Shown: one piece after another, positions 26,924 through 35,919 of the stretch
How the letters are laid out: each line of letters opens with the position of its first letter
How positions within the stretch are numbered: position 1 is the first letter of the stretch
Source of the DNA: a virus
Taxonomy: Duplodnaviria > Heunggongvirae > Uroviricota > Caudoviricetes
Virus record (IMG/VR): IMGVR_UViG_3300024265_000032
Reading direction: 5' to 3' (one strand)
DNA length: 53,434 bases
Notes under the pieces: generated by a model
The model's input: the letters and a program-made list of their open reading frames with translations, nothing else
Databases searched by the model: none
What the model was told of the DNA's origin: nothing
Program-made: the position numbers and the translations under genes

Positions 26924-27934
26924 CTAGAGAATTACTCTACGTTTCAGTTCGCCAATAAATTTCGATCCGCTTTCACCTTCTGCCGCAGCTTTGCTCCTGA
27001 TTGCCTCTAAGGCATCGGATACACTATTCTTAACCGTAGCAGACTCAAAGTCTTGTGGACGGATACCTTCGTCAAGGAATGTGTTTCTGAAGTCAGACAG
27101 CATCTTTTCGATATCTTCGTCCTCGAATATGTTCATGGAACGGAATCTGTCGACATACTTTCGGAAACATGAGATAGATTTTGGAGTCAACTGCTTGCTT
27201 TCTTCTTCGTCTCCGAATGGTTGTCCGTTGATTCTGGCAGTCATTAACTCACAGAATCGAACGGTTTCGTCTCTCATGGACGTTACGTAGTCTCCGACAA
27301 ATTCTCCAACGGCGTCTCTCATCTGAATACGTAGTTCTGTTTCTCTTTCTGTCTGCACCTTTTGCTTGGCAACCACCTCTTCGACGCTGGTTTCTTCTAT
27401 AGACCCAAGACCTGCTATCTGGAATGTGTACCAATCAAACTTGAAATGTTCTCTCAGGGCTTTCGGATTGCGGGGATAGTGACCTTTCAAACACTTATCC
27501 CAAAAATCTGGGTGTGCCGATTTGACAGCTTGTGTCAGGTCGTCGAACCGCAAGATGAAGCTGTCGACCCTCTTGAAGAATTCTTCTTTTAGTTCTTCTA
27601 TTTCCTGCTCTACGCTCAGCAACATGGTGGATGGAACAAAGTGTGCGTTTGCTATCCCGAACGGCACACTCCATCGTTCGAGCGCCTTACGAGCACGTTG
27701 TTCAATCTGGGTCAGAGCCTGAAGTTCCGTCTTTGGAACCATCAATTTCCTTCCTAGATTGACAATTTCTTTGGGGAGTGCATCCGGATCATATCCGACA
27801 CGGACAAGATCGGCGCGGGTCAACATTTTCCTTCCGCTCCACATTTTTATACTCAGGTTGACTAGACAACCAACGTCGAAAAGATTGATAGTGTCTTTAT
27901 CAACCTTTGGTTGGTCTTTGGTCACTGTAGCCAT
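26924..27934 (-). CDS. DUF3150-like protein
   Basis: LV.L.I..WSG.K.L...D......LP......LG.K...P...L..L..I..RAR..L...S.PF....FVP pattern. Confidence 0.65.
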   Translation of the reverse strand: MATVTKDQPKVDKDTINLFDVGCLVNLSIKMWSGRKMLTRADLVRVGYDPDALPKEIVNLGRKLMVPKTELQALTQIEQRARKALERWSVPFGIANAHFVPSTMLLSVEQEIEELKEEFFKRVDSFILRFDDLTQAVKSAHPDFWDKCLKGHYPRNPKALREHFKFDWYTFQIAGLGSIEETSVEEVVAKQKVQTERETELRIQMRDAVGEFVGDYVTSMRDETVRFCELMTARINGQPFGDEEESKQLTPKSISCFRKYVDRFRSMNIFEDEDIEKMLSDFRNTFLDEGIRPQDFESATVKNSVSDALEAIRSKAAAEGESGSKFIGELKRRVIL

Positions 27935-27952
27935 CTTTTTCTCCTTTTCAGC

Positions 27953-29509
27953 TTAGCTTAATACGACCTTCCGTTTGTTTGCTTGCGAATTCTCTTCCGA
28001 ACACGGATTGGCGGGTTTGGCATGTAGCTTGCACCATTCCCTGATAATCTCGATACGTTGTGCCTCTGTTTTGGATAGAGGAACAATCTCTGAAGTAGCT
28101 TGAGCTATGTGTTTTCCTGCTAACTCAACATTGTTCGCGAATGACATTTTGAGTGCGAGTTTGATGATTTGTTCGATATCTGCTCCCGTATATCCATCGG
28201 TAAGTTTGGCGACTTTGGTGATGTCGTAATTTTCGGGTTTTCTGTCCCTCCGAGATAGATGGATACGAAAGATTTCTTCTCGTTCATCAATTCTCGGAAC
28301 ATCTAACCCAAATATCTCATCGAATCTACCTTTGCGACAGAATTCGGGTGGCAAGGATTGTACTTGATTGGCGGTGGCGACAACGTAGACAGGAGAATTC
28401 CTATCGCTTAGCCATTTGAGGAACGTTCCGAATAACCGTTTAGACGATCCACCGTCATGATCTCCAGAGCCGCCGAAACCTTTTTCAACCTCGTCGAGTT
28501 GCAAGACGCAAGGAGCTATGCCTTCCATCATCTTAATGGCTTCTCTCATGTTCTTTTCTGACTCACCAACGAATTTGTTCATAAGATTGCCAACGTCCAT
28601 GGCAATAAGGGGAAGTCCTAGTTCGGATGCAATCGCTACAGACAGTAGTGTTTTTCCGCACCCAGGTATTCCGACCAATAAAATTCCTCGTGGGAATTCT
28701 ATTCCGTAATCTCTTGCTTTTTGTGTGAAGCACGGTTTGTCTAGAGAGATGTGTTGTTTTAGCGCGTCGTATCCTCCGACATTATCCATACCACCTTCTG
28801 GGGGTTCTATATATGTCAATAATTCTGATGCACGAATAATCCCAGCTTTTTCGTCGACTATCGTTTGAACCGCATCTAAGTTCAAGTCTTTATGTTTACG
28901 GAGAGCTAGTGCCACGCGGTCGGTTGTTTGTTGTGATGTCATACCCCTACAGGCATCTACCACTTGTGGAACGATATCTTCGTCGAGTTCGAAGTCTGAA
29001 CCATCGGATTTCTCAACACCATCACACACAAACTCAATGCGTTCTTTGATTTGATCGCCATCCGGTAAATCAAACTCAATTCGTGTTATATCGTGCAGTA
29101 GTGGCTTCGGTGTGTCAAAGTCTGGTCCGACGAAGACGATTGTTTGGTTAACTGACGATACGATTTTCCGTAGTTGATCCAACCAGCTTATCACAACATC
29201 ATAAGTTGGATAAGTTTCGTGTTTCAGGTATCCGCCAAAGTCGTTAAGGATAAGGATTATGTCGTTGGGGAATTTCATGATTGCTTCAAGGTGTTTTTCG
29301 ACCGATGCTTCAGGCTTCAAGTCGCAAACAGATACTTGATTTTTATCAACCCATCCCTGCGCAATTGTCCAGATGTAAATTTGTCGGTCTATGTTTTGCG
29401 CAACTTCTTCGATGGAAGCTATAGCCCTGTCTTTTTCGAATGTATCTACTCGTAGCAGTGCATGGCCAGAGCAGATGTAATTGCTAATTGCCTCATTGAA
29501 ATTTTGCAT
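27953..29509 (-). CDS. Ycf46-like AAA+ ATPase
   Basis: Start trimmed to ATG 29509 (AAGGAG RBS); GGYDALK, RGILLVGIPGCGKT, LDEVEKGFG, ATAN....LPPE..RKGRFDEIF, YTGADIEQ. Confidence 0.9.
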   Translation of the reverse strand: MQNFNEAISNYICSGHALLRVDTFEKDRAIASIEEVAQNIDRQIYIWTIAQGWVDKNQVSVCDLKPEASVEKHLEAIMKFPNDIILILNDFGGYLKHETYPTYDVVISWLDQLRKIVSSVNQTIVFVGPDFDTPKPLLHDITRIEFDLPDGDQIKERIEFVCDGVEKSDGSDFELDEDIVPQVVDACRGMTSQQTTDRVALALRKHKDLNLDAVQTIVDEKAGIIRASELLTYIEPPEGGMDNVGGYDALKQHISLDKPCFTQKARDYGIEFPRGILLVGIPGCGKTLLSVAIASELGLPLIAMDVGNLMNKFVGESEKNMREAIKMMEGIAPCVLQLDEVEKGFGGSGDHDGGSSKRLFGTFLKWLSDRNSPVYVVATANQVQSLPPEFCRKGRFDEIFGLDVPRIDEREEIFRIHLSRRDRKPENYDITKVAKLTDGYTGADIEQIIKLALKMSFANNVELAGKHIAQATSEIVPLSKTEAQRIEIIREWCKLHAKPANPCSEENSQANKRKVVLS

Positions 29510-29510
29510 C

Positions 29511-29780
29511 TTAACTCCTTTTTTTGTTGAGGGATTCCATTTTTTCGACGGTAGTAGCCAAGTTGTCCACAATGTGTCGAGGGACCATGACGAAAGCTGT
29601 AGGAATAGAAGGATTGTAATCTTCGACACCAAGCAAAGAATGAGCTATGGCAAGAAGCTTTTCTCGTTCTCTCCATATACAACTTGGGCATCTCCAACCT
29701 TCTCCATACATATAAAGTCCACATACAACTGTACAAGTATCGCACTTGATGTTTTTGACTTCATCAGGATGCATCTTCAT
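29511..29780 (-). CDS. Zn-finger hypothetical protein
   Basis: CDTC and CPSC pairs; AAGGA RBS. Confidence 0.55.
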   Translation of the reverse strand: MKMHPDEVKNIKCDTCTVVCGLYMYGEGWRCPSCIWREREKLLAIAHSLLGVEDYNPSIPTAFVMVPRHIVDNLATTVEKMESLNKKRS

Positions 29781-29841
29781 TCCTTTCCTTTGGTTTCCTG
29801 TCGGCGATAACCAAATGACCTATAAAATAAAGGCGTGAGTG

Positions 29842-30066
29842 TTACTCAGAGTCTTCTTCTAGAAGGTTGCGAACCTGGAACAGTTCGCTACGTGTAGCCT
29901 GCACGTTGAATCTTAAATCTGCAATCAAAAGCGATACATGCTGCAACAACACAGAAACATCGCTGTCGTGTTTTGACGACTTCTTTCTATTGAGAATACC
30001 ATTAGCCTCAACATCTTCTCTGTCGAGTATCTTTCGTAGAACGGCGATTATCTCTTTCTTCTCCAT
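29842..30066 (-). CDS. small helical protein, paralog of 32592-32843
   Basis: Shared L..LI.D...V.ATR.E motif. Confidence 0.6.
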   Translation of the reverse strand: MEKKEIIAVLRKILDREDVEANGILNRKKSSKHDSDVSVLLQHVSLLIADLRFNVQATRSELFQVRNLLEEDSE

Positions 30067-30071
30067 ACCCT

Positions 30072-30097
30072 ATTATACGTCTCGCTAGGTAGTTTGT
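30072..30097 (-). promoter_or_regulatory. bipartite promoter-like motif ACAA-N12-GACGTATAAT (copy 2)
   Basis: Intergenic; TATAAT ends 5 nt before the ATG at 30066. Confidence 0.7.
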
Positions 30098-30108
30098 GCC
30101 AAAGAAAA

Positions 30109-30303
30109 TCATTTTTCTTCGCTGGTTATAGGGCGTACCGCTCCACCTTCGCCTCTTGTCAGACCTATCTTCTTCAATAGCCTCTTTTCTGTCTTGCTAT
30201 CGGACCCACAAAGCTGATTCCAGTGGATGCTGCAAATTTCATGCCCGATATATCCCAAATCAGGAAAATTTCTGCATCTCGGGAAATTGCATTGATCTGC
30301 CAT
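30109..30303 (-). CDS. small Cys/His hypothetical protein
   Basis: C..PRC...C..HW motif. Confidence 0.55.
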   Translation of the reverse strand: MADQCNFPRCRNFPDLGYIGHEICSIHWNQLCGSDSKTEKRLLKKIGLTRGEGGAVRPITSEEK

Positions 30304-31118
30304 TATGTCATTTCCAATTCTTTCTCTGAGATGCCATACGACACACTCACAGAGGGGGAATCAGCGTCTGTTTTGCATTTGTCTAGAATCATTTGCGTCA
30401 TATTTACTTTTCTTTTCCTCATGAATACTTGAAGATTGTGTCTGACCATATAGCAATCGCCTTTGTTGCACGCTCTCCTTATGTGACTCCAACACCATTC
30501 ATTGTCATGGTGTCCACGCTCTATCATAGACAAATATGCCCACTTCATGAGTCGATGATAAAACCCATAAGGAAGTCTTCCTATTCTTTTGTTCTCGTTT
30601 ACTGCATCCAGAATCTCATTCCACCACAGATCATTCAAATGTTTCTTGTTGTTGTGGTTAGGAAGATGGTATTTCTTGAATGCCAATAATTCTTCAATGA
30701 GGCCGGTGACACACATATCCAAGACTAGTGCGATAAACTTTTTGCAGTACCTGTCTACTTCTCTTTTTGTTTTACAAGCGTAAGACAGAGGAATCTTCTC
30801 GCCCACGACTACGCCGTCATGTCCAACGAGCATACCGTCTTGGAAAAAAGAATCTCCAATAGACCACAGACCATTTTGTTGCTTAACGACACACGGTAGA
30901 ACATGATTCATTCTACGTTTTGTTGTAGTTGTTCTTAACCCTCCGGTATTGATCCTGTAAGTACCATCTGGACGTATGATCACAATATCTGTGTTGTATA
31001 GACGGACTGCACAAGACCTACCTCTCATATGTATATGGGTTTTGTGGGCAAGCAAGTATCCGCGACTTTTGTTTCTGCATTCGTCGAATAGAGATTTTGC
31101 TTCTTTGTGAGTTAACAT
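30303..31118 (-). CDS. hypothetical protein
   Basis: 271 aa, GGAG RBS. Confidence 0.6.
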   Translation of the reverse strand: MLTHKEAKSLFDECRNKSRGYLLAHKTHIHMRGRSCAVRLYNTDIVIIRPDGTYRINTGGLRTTTTKRRMNHVLPCVVKQQNGLWSIGDSFFQDGMLVGHDGVVVGEKIPLSYACKTKREVDRYCKKFIALVLDMCVTGLIEELLAFKKYHLPNHNNKKHLNDLWWNEILDAVNENKRIGRLPYGFYHRLMKWAYLSMIERGHHDNEWCWSHIRRACNKGDCYMVRHNLQVFMRKRKVNMTQMILDKCKTDADSPSVSVSYGISEKELEMT

Positions 31119-31183
31119 GATATCTCCAAAAAAAAGGGGCCGTGCCTATAGAAAGACACGACCCCGACGTGCGACCTATCGTA

Positions 31184-31483
31184 CTATCCAGCGTCTGGTG
31201 CGTCGTTGAGAACGATTTCTGGATCGATATCGGTTTCTCCGACATCTCCACCGTACTGGATGTCCCCACATTCAGCAAGAACGTATCCCATCTTGCGGAC
31301 AATGCTGGCACCCTTGCGCCGGTTACTGGTGTTTTTTAGCTGATTAGCCAAAGCACCCATGATGCCCTTTTGGACGATGATAACAGTTTCGCCCGTTGCG
31401 AGATTGACTTCGTCGACCCTGAACGCTGGATCGTTACGAACCTCTTCGACCTGTTCGACGTTTTCTGTTTGCTGCATCTTCAC
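31184..31483 (-). CDS. hypothetical protein
   Basis: 99 aa, AGGAG RBS, downstream of motif copy 3. Confidence 0.6.
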   Translation of the reverse strand: MKMQQTENVEQVEEVRNDPAFRVDEVNLATGETVIIVQKGIMGALANQLKNTSNRRKGASIVRKMGYVLAECGDIQYGGDVGETDIDPEIVLNDAPDAG

Positions 31484-31543
31484 GACTCCTATTGTTTGAG
31501 AAACCTCGATGATCGATCATACGTAATCGATCTCGTATATTCC

Positions 31544-31569
31544 ATTATACGTCAAACCAGACAGCTTGT
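31544..31569 (-). promoter_or_regulatory. bipartite promoter-like motif ACAA-N12-GACGTATAAT (copy 3)
   Basis: Intergenic, same spacing as copies 1 and 2. Confidence 0.7.
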
Positions 31570-31839
31570 TCGACGAATTTTTGAAATTTATTGTTCAATC
31601 GGCAAGAATTCTAATTCATCTGCCGGATAATCGCTTACGCCACCATCATCCCACAGGACGGATATTACTGGACTCTTTGTGTCTAGATGGATTACTAGTA
31701 TCTCACCCACACCAAGGGCGGGGTGTTCTACTACGATACCTAGTGACATTTCGTGTCTCCGTTTCTTATGAAAAACCCTGCAATCTCGCCCAGATTGGCC
31801 TTTCTTGGTGTATAACCTATTGTACGAAAGGAGATTGTT

Positions 31840-32058
31840 ATGCGAAAAAGCTTTGTAACGTTGATGTTGGTCGTAGGTCTACTGGTCGGAACTTCCGGTT
31901 GTGCCATTGTCACCAAGGGTAATGGTTCTTGGGAGGCATTTTGCGGTATCCGAACAGAAAAGATCAGCGAAGAACCAGCTTCCGTTGGTATCGAATCGGA
32001 CGTTCTTGAACGGCTGATCGACAACCTGACAGACGGTGAAGTCACAGAAGCTGAATGA
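31840..32058 (+). CDS. small lipoprotein; the only convincing plus-strand gene
   Basis: AAGGAG RBS, MRKSFVTLMLVVGLLVGTSG-C lipobox, TATAAC just upstream, sits in a gap between minus-strand genes. Confidence 0.8.
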   Translation: MRKSFVTLMLVVGLLVGTSGCAIVTKGNGSWEAFCGIRTEKISEEPASVGIESDVLERLIDNLTDGEVTEAE

Positions 32059-32151
32059 AAGCTAATCTTCAAAGTCCTATGGTATTCAGTCCAATGGTAC
32101 TTTGAGATTCCCGGCTTACTAGACTTGATCTAGTAAGCTTCTTTTGCGCGC

Positions 32152-32385
32152 CTAATCCCACGTCCCAGGAAGCTGACGATCCAATCTTCCTTCTCTGAGC
32201 CATCGTTCGTAGTCGCAGATGTAGACACCCAAAGTCCCATCCTCCATTGTCAGTCCCGTTTGGCCTGAATACCACTCTGAAAATACCACCAAATCTTCTG
32301 GCGTGTGGTGTCTGTTGAAGAGTTCGATGGTGACAACCTTCATCCCTTGAGATTCTACATACTCTTCTTCTGGAATTCTTGCCAT
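32152..32385 (-). CDS. hypothetical protein
   Basis: 77-aa ORF on the coding strand. Confidence 0.55.
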   Translation of the reverse strand: MARIPEEEYVESQGMKVVTIELFNRHHTPEDLVVFSEWYSGQTGLTMEDGTLGVYICDYERWLREGRLDRQLPGTWD

Positions 32386-32388
32386 TAC

Positions 32389-32595
32389 TTAGTACCTTTC
32401 CGATACCTCCTTGATATCTCTGAACGGAATTGTTACAACAGGACGAATTTCGTTGAATTTCCCAGTCTGACGATTACGTTTCGATCCGGCGAAATATGTG
32501 ATCGTAATGCTGGTTTTTCCAATATTAACCACTTCACACGGAGAGAAAATTGCATTCTCCGTGGTGAGGATCAAAGCACTTCCTTTTTGTATCAT
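32389..32595 (-). CDS. hypothetical protein
   Basis: 68 aa, ATGA overlap. Confidence 0.55.
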   Translation of the reverse strand: MIQKGSALILTTENAIFSPCEVVNIGKTSITITYFAGSKRNRQTGKFNEIRPVVTIPFRDIKEVSERY

Positions 32596-32843
32596 TCCTG
32601 ATCTCCTAGTTGGGTCATCAACCTGTCTCTTTCTCTTCTGGTCGCCTCTACGTCTAATATGAGGTACTTAATGACGATTCGCAAGATGCTATAGGAATCG
32701 TCCAGATTCTTCGTTAGCAATTCCAAGTCCTTTATCCTTGGGTGGCTTCGGGCCAATTTTCTTGCGAGACATATGTGCTCGCCGTTTTCTCCTATCTTTT
32801 CCATTAACTCAGCCAATAGGATGGAAAATTGGTCTTCTGTCAT
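32592..32843 (-). CDS. small helical protein, paralog of 29842-30066
   Basis: LRIVIKYLILDVEATRRE motif. Confidence 0.6.
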   Translation of the reverse strand: MTEDQFSILLAELMEKIGENGEHICLARKLARSHPRIKDLELLTKNLDDSYSILRIVIKYLILDVEATRRERDRLMTQLGDQE

Positions 32844-33121
32844 TCTTTTACCCCCTGACTATCTGCGGGATCGGGATACTGTGATTTCCACGGTGTCTGC
32901 TTGAAGATTGTGCCGTCGAACTTCTCGGTATACCGAAACGTATTGTTTTCCAGTGGATTTCCATATTCCTTTCCAAGTAATTCCATATCCTTGTCTAGGA
33001 AAGAAGTGAATACCACCTTCGAACAATCACACTCACAAGACGAAGTGAAAAGAGGTACTTGGCCGGTACCTTTGCACCATCTACACTTCGGGTCTGGTTC
33101 CCCGATCAATGACATCACCAC
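32840..33121 (-). CDS. hypothetical protein with N-terminal C-x-WC-x-G-x-G Zn motif
   Basis: PDPKCRWCKGTGQVPLFTSSCECDC. Confidence 0.55.
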   Translation of the reverse strand: MVMSLIGEPDPKCRWCKGTGQVPLFTSSCECDCSKVVFTSFLDKDMELLGKEYGNPLENNTFRYTEKFDGTIFKQTPWKSQYPDPADSQGVKE

Positions 33122-33350
33122 CTTCCTGAGTTGGACATCCTTGTCGATACGCTATTGCTAAAGCCCTCCACGCCGTAAACAGAACAACTACGTCTGCCGT
33201 TGCGACTTTGAGATGTTCCGACAATTCGACAGCCCAATCGGGAGTGTCCCACACTCCTTTGTTATACAATTCTCGTATGCTGTCATGAACTATCTCGGCC
33301 TCATCCAAGGACAAGATGTATTCTCCGATGATCTTCTCGCCGATGGTCAT
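33081..33350 (-). CDS. hypothetical protein
   Basis: 89-aa ORF with RBS. Confidence 0.5.
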   Translation of the reverse strand: MTIGEKIIGEYILSLDEAEIVHDSIRELYNKGVWDTPDWAVELSEHLKVATADVVVLFTAWRALAIAYRQGCPTQEGGDVIDRGTRPEV

Positions 33351-33359
33351 GTCGCCCCC

Positions 33360-33638
33360 TTACTCTCCGATGAGTTCTTTGAGTCGAGTCGCAATCTTAA
33401 CTGCACGATCAGAAGCCTTCTCCAAAAAGCTGTGTCGTGTAGTTAGTGTTGACATCTGCTCCTGGATTGCTGCACAATCAGAATCACAATCACAAGAACC
33501 TGAATCAAGTTCTTCAATCATCGTACCGAATTGACCTAAGACCTTGTTGATAAGATCGACACCACGTACTACCTTAGCTTCCTTTTTTCCAAATCCAAAC
33601 ATTTCATTCTCCTTCTGGATTAGACTTCCTCTGACCAC
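33360..33638 (-). CDS. coiled-coil hypothetical protein (probable start MFGFG at ~33602)
   Basis: AGGAG RBS before the internal ATG. Confidence 0.55.
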   Translation of the reverse strand: MVRGSLIQKENEMFGFGKKEAKVVRGVDLINKVLGQFGTMIEELDSGSCDCDSDCAAIQEQMSTLTTRHSFLEKASDRAVKIATRLKELIGE

Positions 33639-34338
33639 AATCTACTTCTTTAACGGTATATGCACCGTCTTGTATTACCAATGCTCTCAACTTTCCTCCT
33701 TCGTAGGCACCGCCGTCGATACAGAAGGCGTATCTACATGGGTGAACATTGTCTGTCCTAATGTGCCCACTGATGACGATGTAATCTCCTGTCAACGTTT
33801 TCCACCACGGGATACCATGTTCGTCGAAAAAGTCTTTGCCGTCCAGATACCTTGCGTACAGACAGGTTTCTATTCGTTGACTCTCTATCGGTTTGCGACC
33901 ATCAACCCCTGCGTGAACGACATAGACTGGCTTGCCTTTCCTGTCTGCTAGACGAATCATATGGGGCCAGTTGCCCATCCACTTAGACAATTCTGCTCTC
34001 GTTTCATCGCTGATGGCATCCGTTTGCTCTATGGTCATGTCTAGGCCATTGATTATCTTGACAGGGTTGCCCTTCCAATACCTTATGACCTTATTGTCGT
34101 GATTTCCCATGACAGAAAACGTGTTGGACGTGATATAGAACCACGCAAGCACTTCTCTGATTTTTGGGCCTCGGTCTACCAAGTCTCCGGTTGCGACCAC
34201 TATGTCCATGTCGTTGTAATCGCATTCTTTGAGCAGCGACATGAATTCATCAAAGCACCCGTGAATGTCTCCGACGACAATGACCTTCCTGTGCTTGCAT
34301 ATGCCGCTTATGTCCAGCGTGTGACTGTATCCTTTCAT
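33604..34338 (-). CDS. metallophosphoesterase (Ser/Thr phosphatase / Pnkp phosphatase-like)
   Basis: GDIHG, GDLVDRGP, GNHD, HAG, SGH, IDGG. Confidence 0.9.
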   Translation of the reverse strand: MKGYSHTLDISGICKHRKVIVVGDIHGCFDEFMSLLKECDYNDMDIVVATGDLVDRGPKIREVLAWFYITSNTFSVMGNHDNKVIRYWKGNPVKIINGLDMTIEQTDAISDETRAELSKWMGNWPHMIRLADRKGKPVYVVHAGVDGRKPIESQRIETCLYARYLDGKDFFDEHGIPWWKTLTGDYIVISGHIRTDNVHPCRYAFCIDGGAYEGGKLRALVIQDGAYTVKEVDCGQRKSNPEGE

Positions 34339-34344
34339 TTGGAT

Positions 34345-34641
34345 TCAATCCTCCATTTTGGTGTATTCGCCGATCATACTGCGTTCGCTAAGATAATCAT
34401 ACAGTTTTTCCATAGTGAAAGCAAACACATGACGACATTTTTGACATGCAAATCCAGCGTCTATACCCCCCCCATGGGCATGTCCAGATAACATTGGCAC
34501 GAGATCGGTGCTACTTGGGTCGAGAGGGTGTCTAACCATAGAATCTACTCGTGATGATACTATCACATGAGTCTTTATGTGAATGATTCTGTTGTGTCCA
34601 CATGTTTCACATTTGAAGTAGATGTTTGTTTCAAGGCTCAT
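34345..34641 (-). CDS. Zn-ribbon hypothetical protein
   Basis: CETC and CQKC pairs. Confidence 0.55.
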   Translation of the reverse strand: MSLETNIYFKCETCGHNRIIHIKTHVIVSSRVDSMVRHPLDPSSTDLVPMLSGHAHGGGIDAGFACQKCRHVFAFTMEKLYDYLSERSMIGEYTKMED

Positions 34642-34644
34642 GAG

Positions 34645-34965
34645 CTATTTCATCCATCTTTCGTCTTGGAGAAACTTTCGTAGACTTTCCTGGAACACCG
34701 CTACTAATTGTGGAAGCTTAGCAAGATCATAGCCGAACTCAACTGTTACCCAGTTCTGCATATTCAGACATACTTCTTTCACCCCTTCGAGTGCAAACAG
34801 GCCATCAAGCATGGGGTTTTCATCTCTATAGCCCTTTACTTGTCCTGCCCAGACATGACCTGAGTCATAATATGTCTTGACTTCCTTCTCGAATCTTGCG
34901 TCACCCGCCCACTCAGGAAGAGTAAAGGTCAGTTCGATTAGCTGAATTTCTCCCGACATGGTCAT
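34645..34965 (-). CDS. hypothetical protein, weak resemblance to the Nfu/NifU N-terminal domain
   Basis: P.L..LF..EGV..V......VTV motif. Confidence 0.4.
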   Translation of the reverse strand: MTMSGEIQLIELTFTLPEWAGDARFEKEVKTYYDSGHVWAGQVKGYRDENPMLDGLFALEGVKEVCLNMQNWVTVEFGYDLAKLPQLVAVFQESLRKFLQDERWMK

Positions 34966-35036
34966 TTAACCTCCAATTGAACAAGTGTTGGCAATTTTGT
35001 CGTCTTTTACACTATTTGCCGATTCTGTACATCGGG

Positions 35037-35696
35037 TTACTTTGCCCCCATCTCATTTGTGAGCAGATTCAAATCGATATCTTTGTCGACCGGATACCCA
35101 CGAAGCCATTGGGCGAATTGTGACACCATGATTCCTGCTGCGACATTGGAACAGTAGATAGTCGACTTGGCCGTACATGGGCCTTGGTACGCTTCTGACG
35201 AGGGGAACAGTGTAGTGGAATAGTGTTCGCGAGATGCATCGTCGTGAACAGTCAGGACTCTGAGATACTCTGCACTCATCCTACCATCGACGAAAAAGTC
35301 TGCCCTTTCGATGATTGAATTGAAGATTTGCTTTCGAGTCTCTATTCCATCGACACAGCAGAAAAACGCACCGACTGTAAACTGCAATGACCTAAACTTT
35401 CGATTTGCAGTATACACCTCGATGTCTGGGTTGATAGCTCGACATACGTCGGCCACGGCTTCGACCTTGGGTGTACCAATGTCTGCCGGATAGAAGCCCT
35501 GTGGGGCAAGATTTTCCACCTCCACGGTGTCGAAATCTATGAGTTGAATACTCGGAGCGCCGATAGCTGCAAGCTGCAATGCTACTTGACGACCAATAGC
35601 GCCAACACCCACCACCGTAGCTGGCATCTCCAACAGCTTATCTGGCGGAACCAATTCCCTTTGTCTCACATCTCTGTCTGCAAGATCATTCGTCAT
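35037..35696 (-). CDS. ThiF/E1-like ubiquitin-like-protein activating enzyme
   Basis: R.RQ arginine-finger region, GVGAIG, DFD.V...NL..Q, K77, CCVD, DGR, candidate catalytic Cys174 (GPCT); lacks ThiF/MoeB CxxC Zn motifs and a rhodanese domain. Confidence 0.92.
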   Translation of the reverse strand: MTNDLADRDVRQRELVPPDKLLEMPATVVGVGAIGRQVALQLAAIGAPSIQLIDFDTVEVENLAPQGFYPADIGTPKVEAVADVCRAINPDIEVYTANRKFRSLQFTVGAFFCCVDGIETRKQIFNSIIERADFFVDGRMSAEYLRVLTVHDDASREHYSTTLFPSSEAYQGPCTAKSTIYCSNVAAGIMVSQFAQWLRGYPVDKDIDLNLLTNEMGAK

Positions 35697-35919
35697 TGTT
35701 ATCCCCTTTCTCGTCTGTCACCTCTACTTCAACGTAATCCCCGAAGTTCCTTTTTGCTATTAGGAAGTTATCGTCTGGCCATTGGCGGACAATGATCATA
35801 TCCCCATCTTTGGCGAACTGACCTGCTTCCACCATTTCCCCGTCTTCTGCTGGACGAATTTTCAATAAGTCTGTCTTTTGCACCCACTTCTTCGCCATTA
35901 TGCTGTCGCCTTTCTCCAC
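35686..35919 (-). CDS. small hypothetical protein within the Ubl operon
   Basis: Overlaps both the JAB and ThiF genes. Confidence 0.6.
   Translation of the reverse strand: MEKGDSIMAKKWVQKTDLLKIRPAEDGEMVEAGQFAKDGDMIIVRQWPDDNFLIAKRNFGDYVEVEVTDEKGDNNDE

Noticed and set aside
27953-29632. 559-aa AAA ORF as given in the ORF track
   Set aside because: The first 41 codons overlap the 29511-29780 gene, and a strong AAGGAG RBS supports the ATG at 29509.
31696-31744. Hairpin CTAGTATC...CACCC/GGGTG...GATACCTAG in the divergent intergenic region
   Set aside because: Short and imperfect, with no U-tract or clear strand bias, so it is not distinguishable from chance without homologs.
35037-35696. ThiF/MoeB for thiamine or molybdopterin biosynthesis
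   Set aside because: No thi/moa genes or rhodanese in the window, Zn CxxC motifs are missing, and the gene is co-operonic with E2-like and JAB genes.
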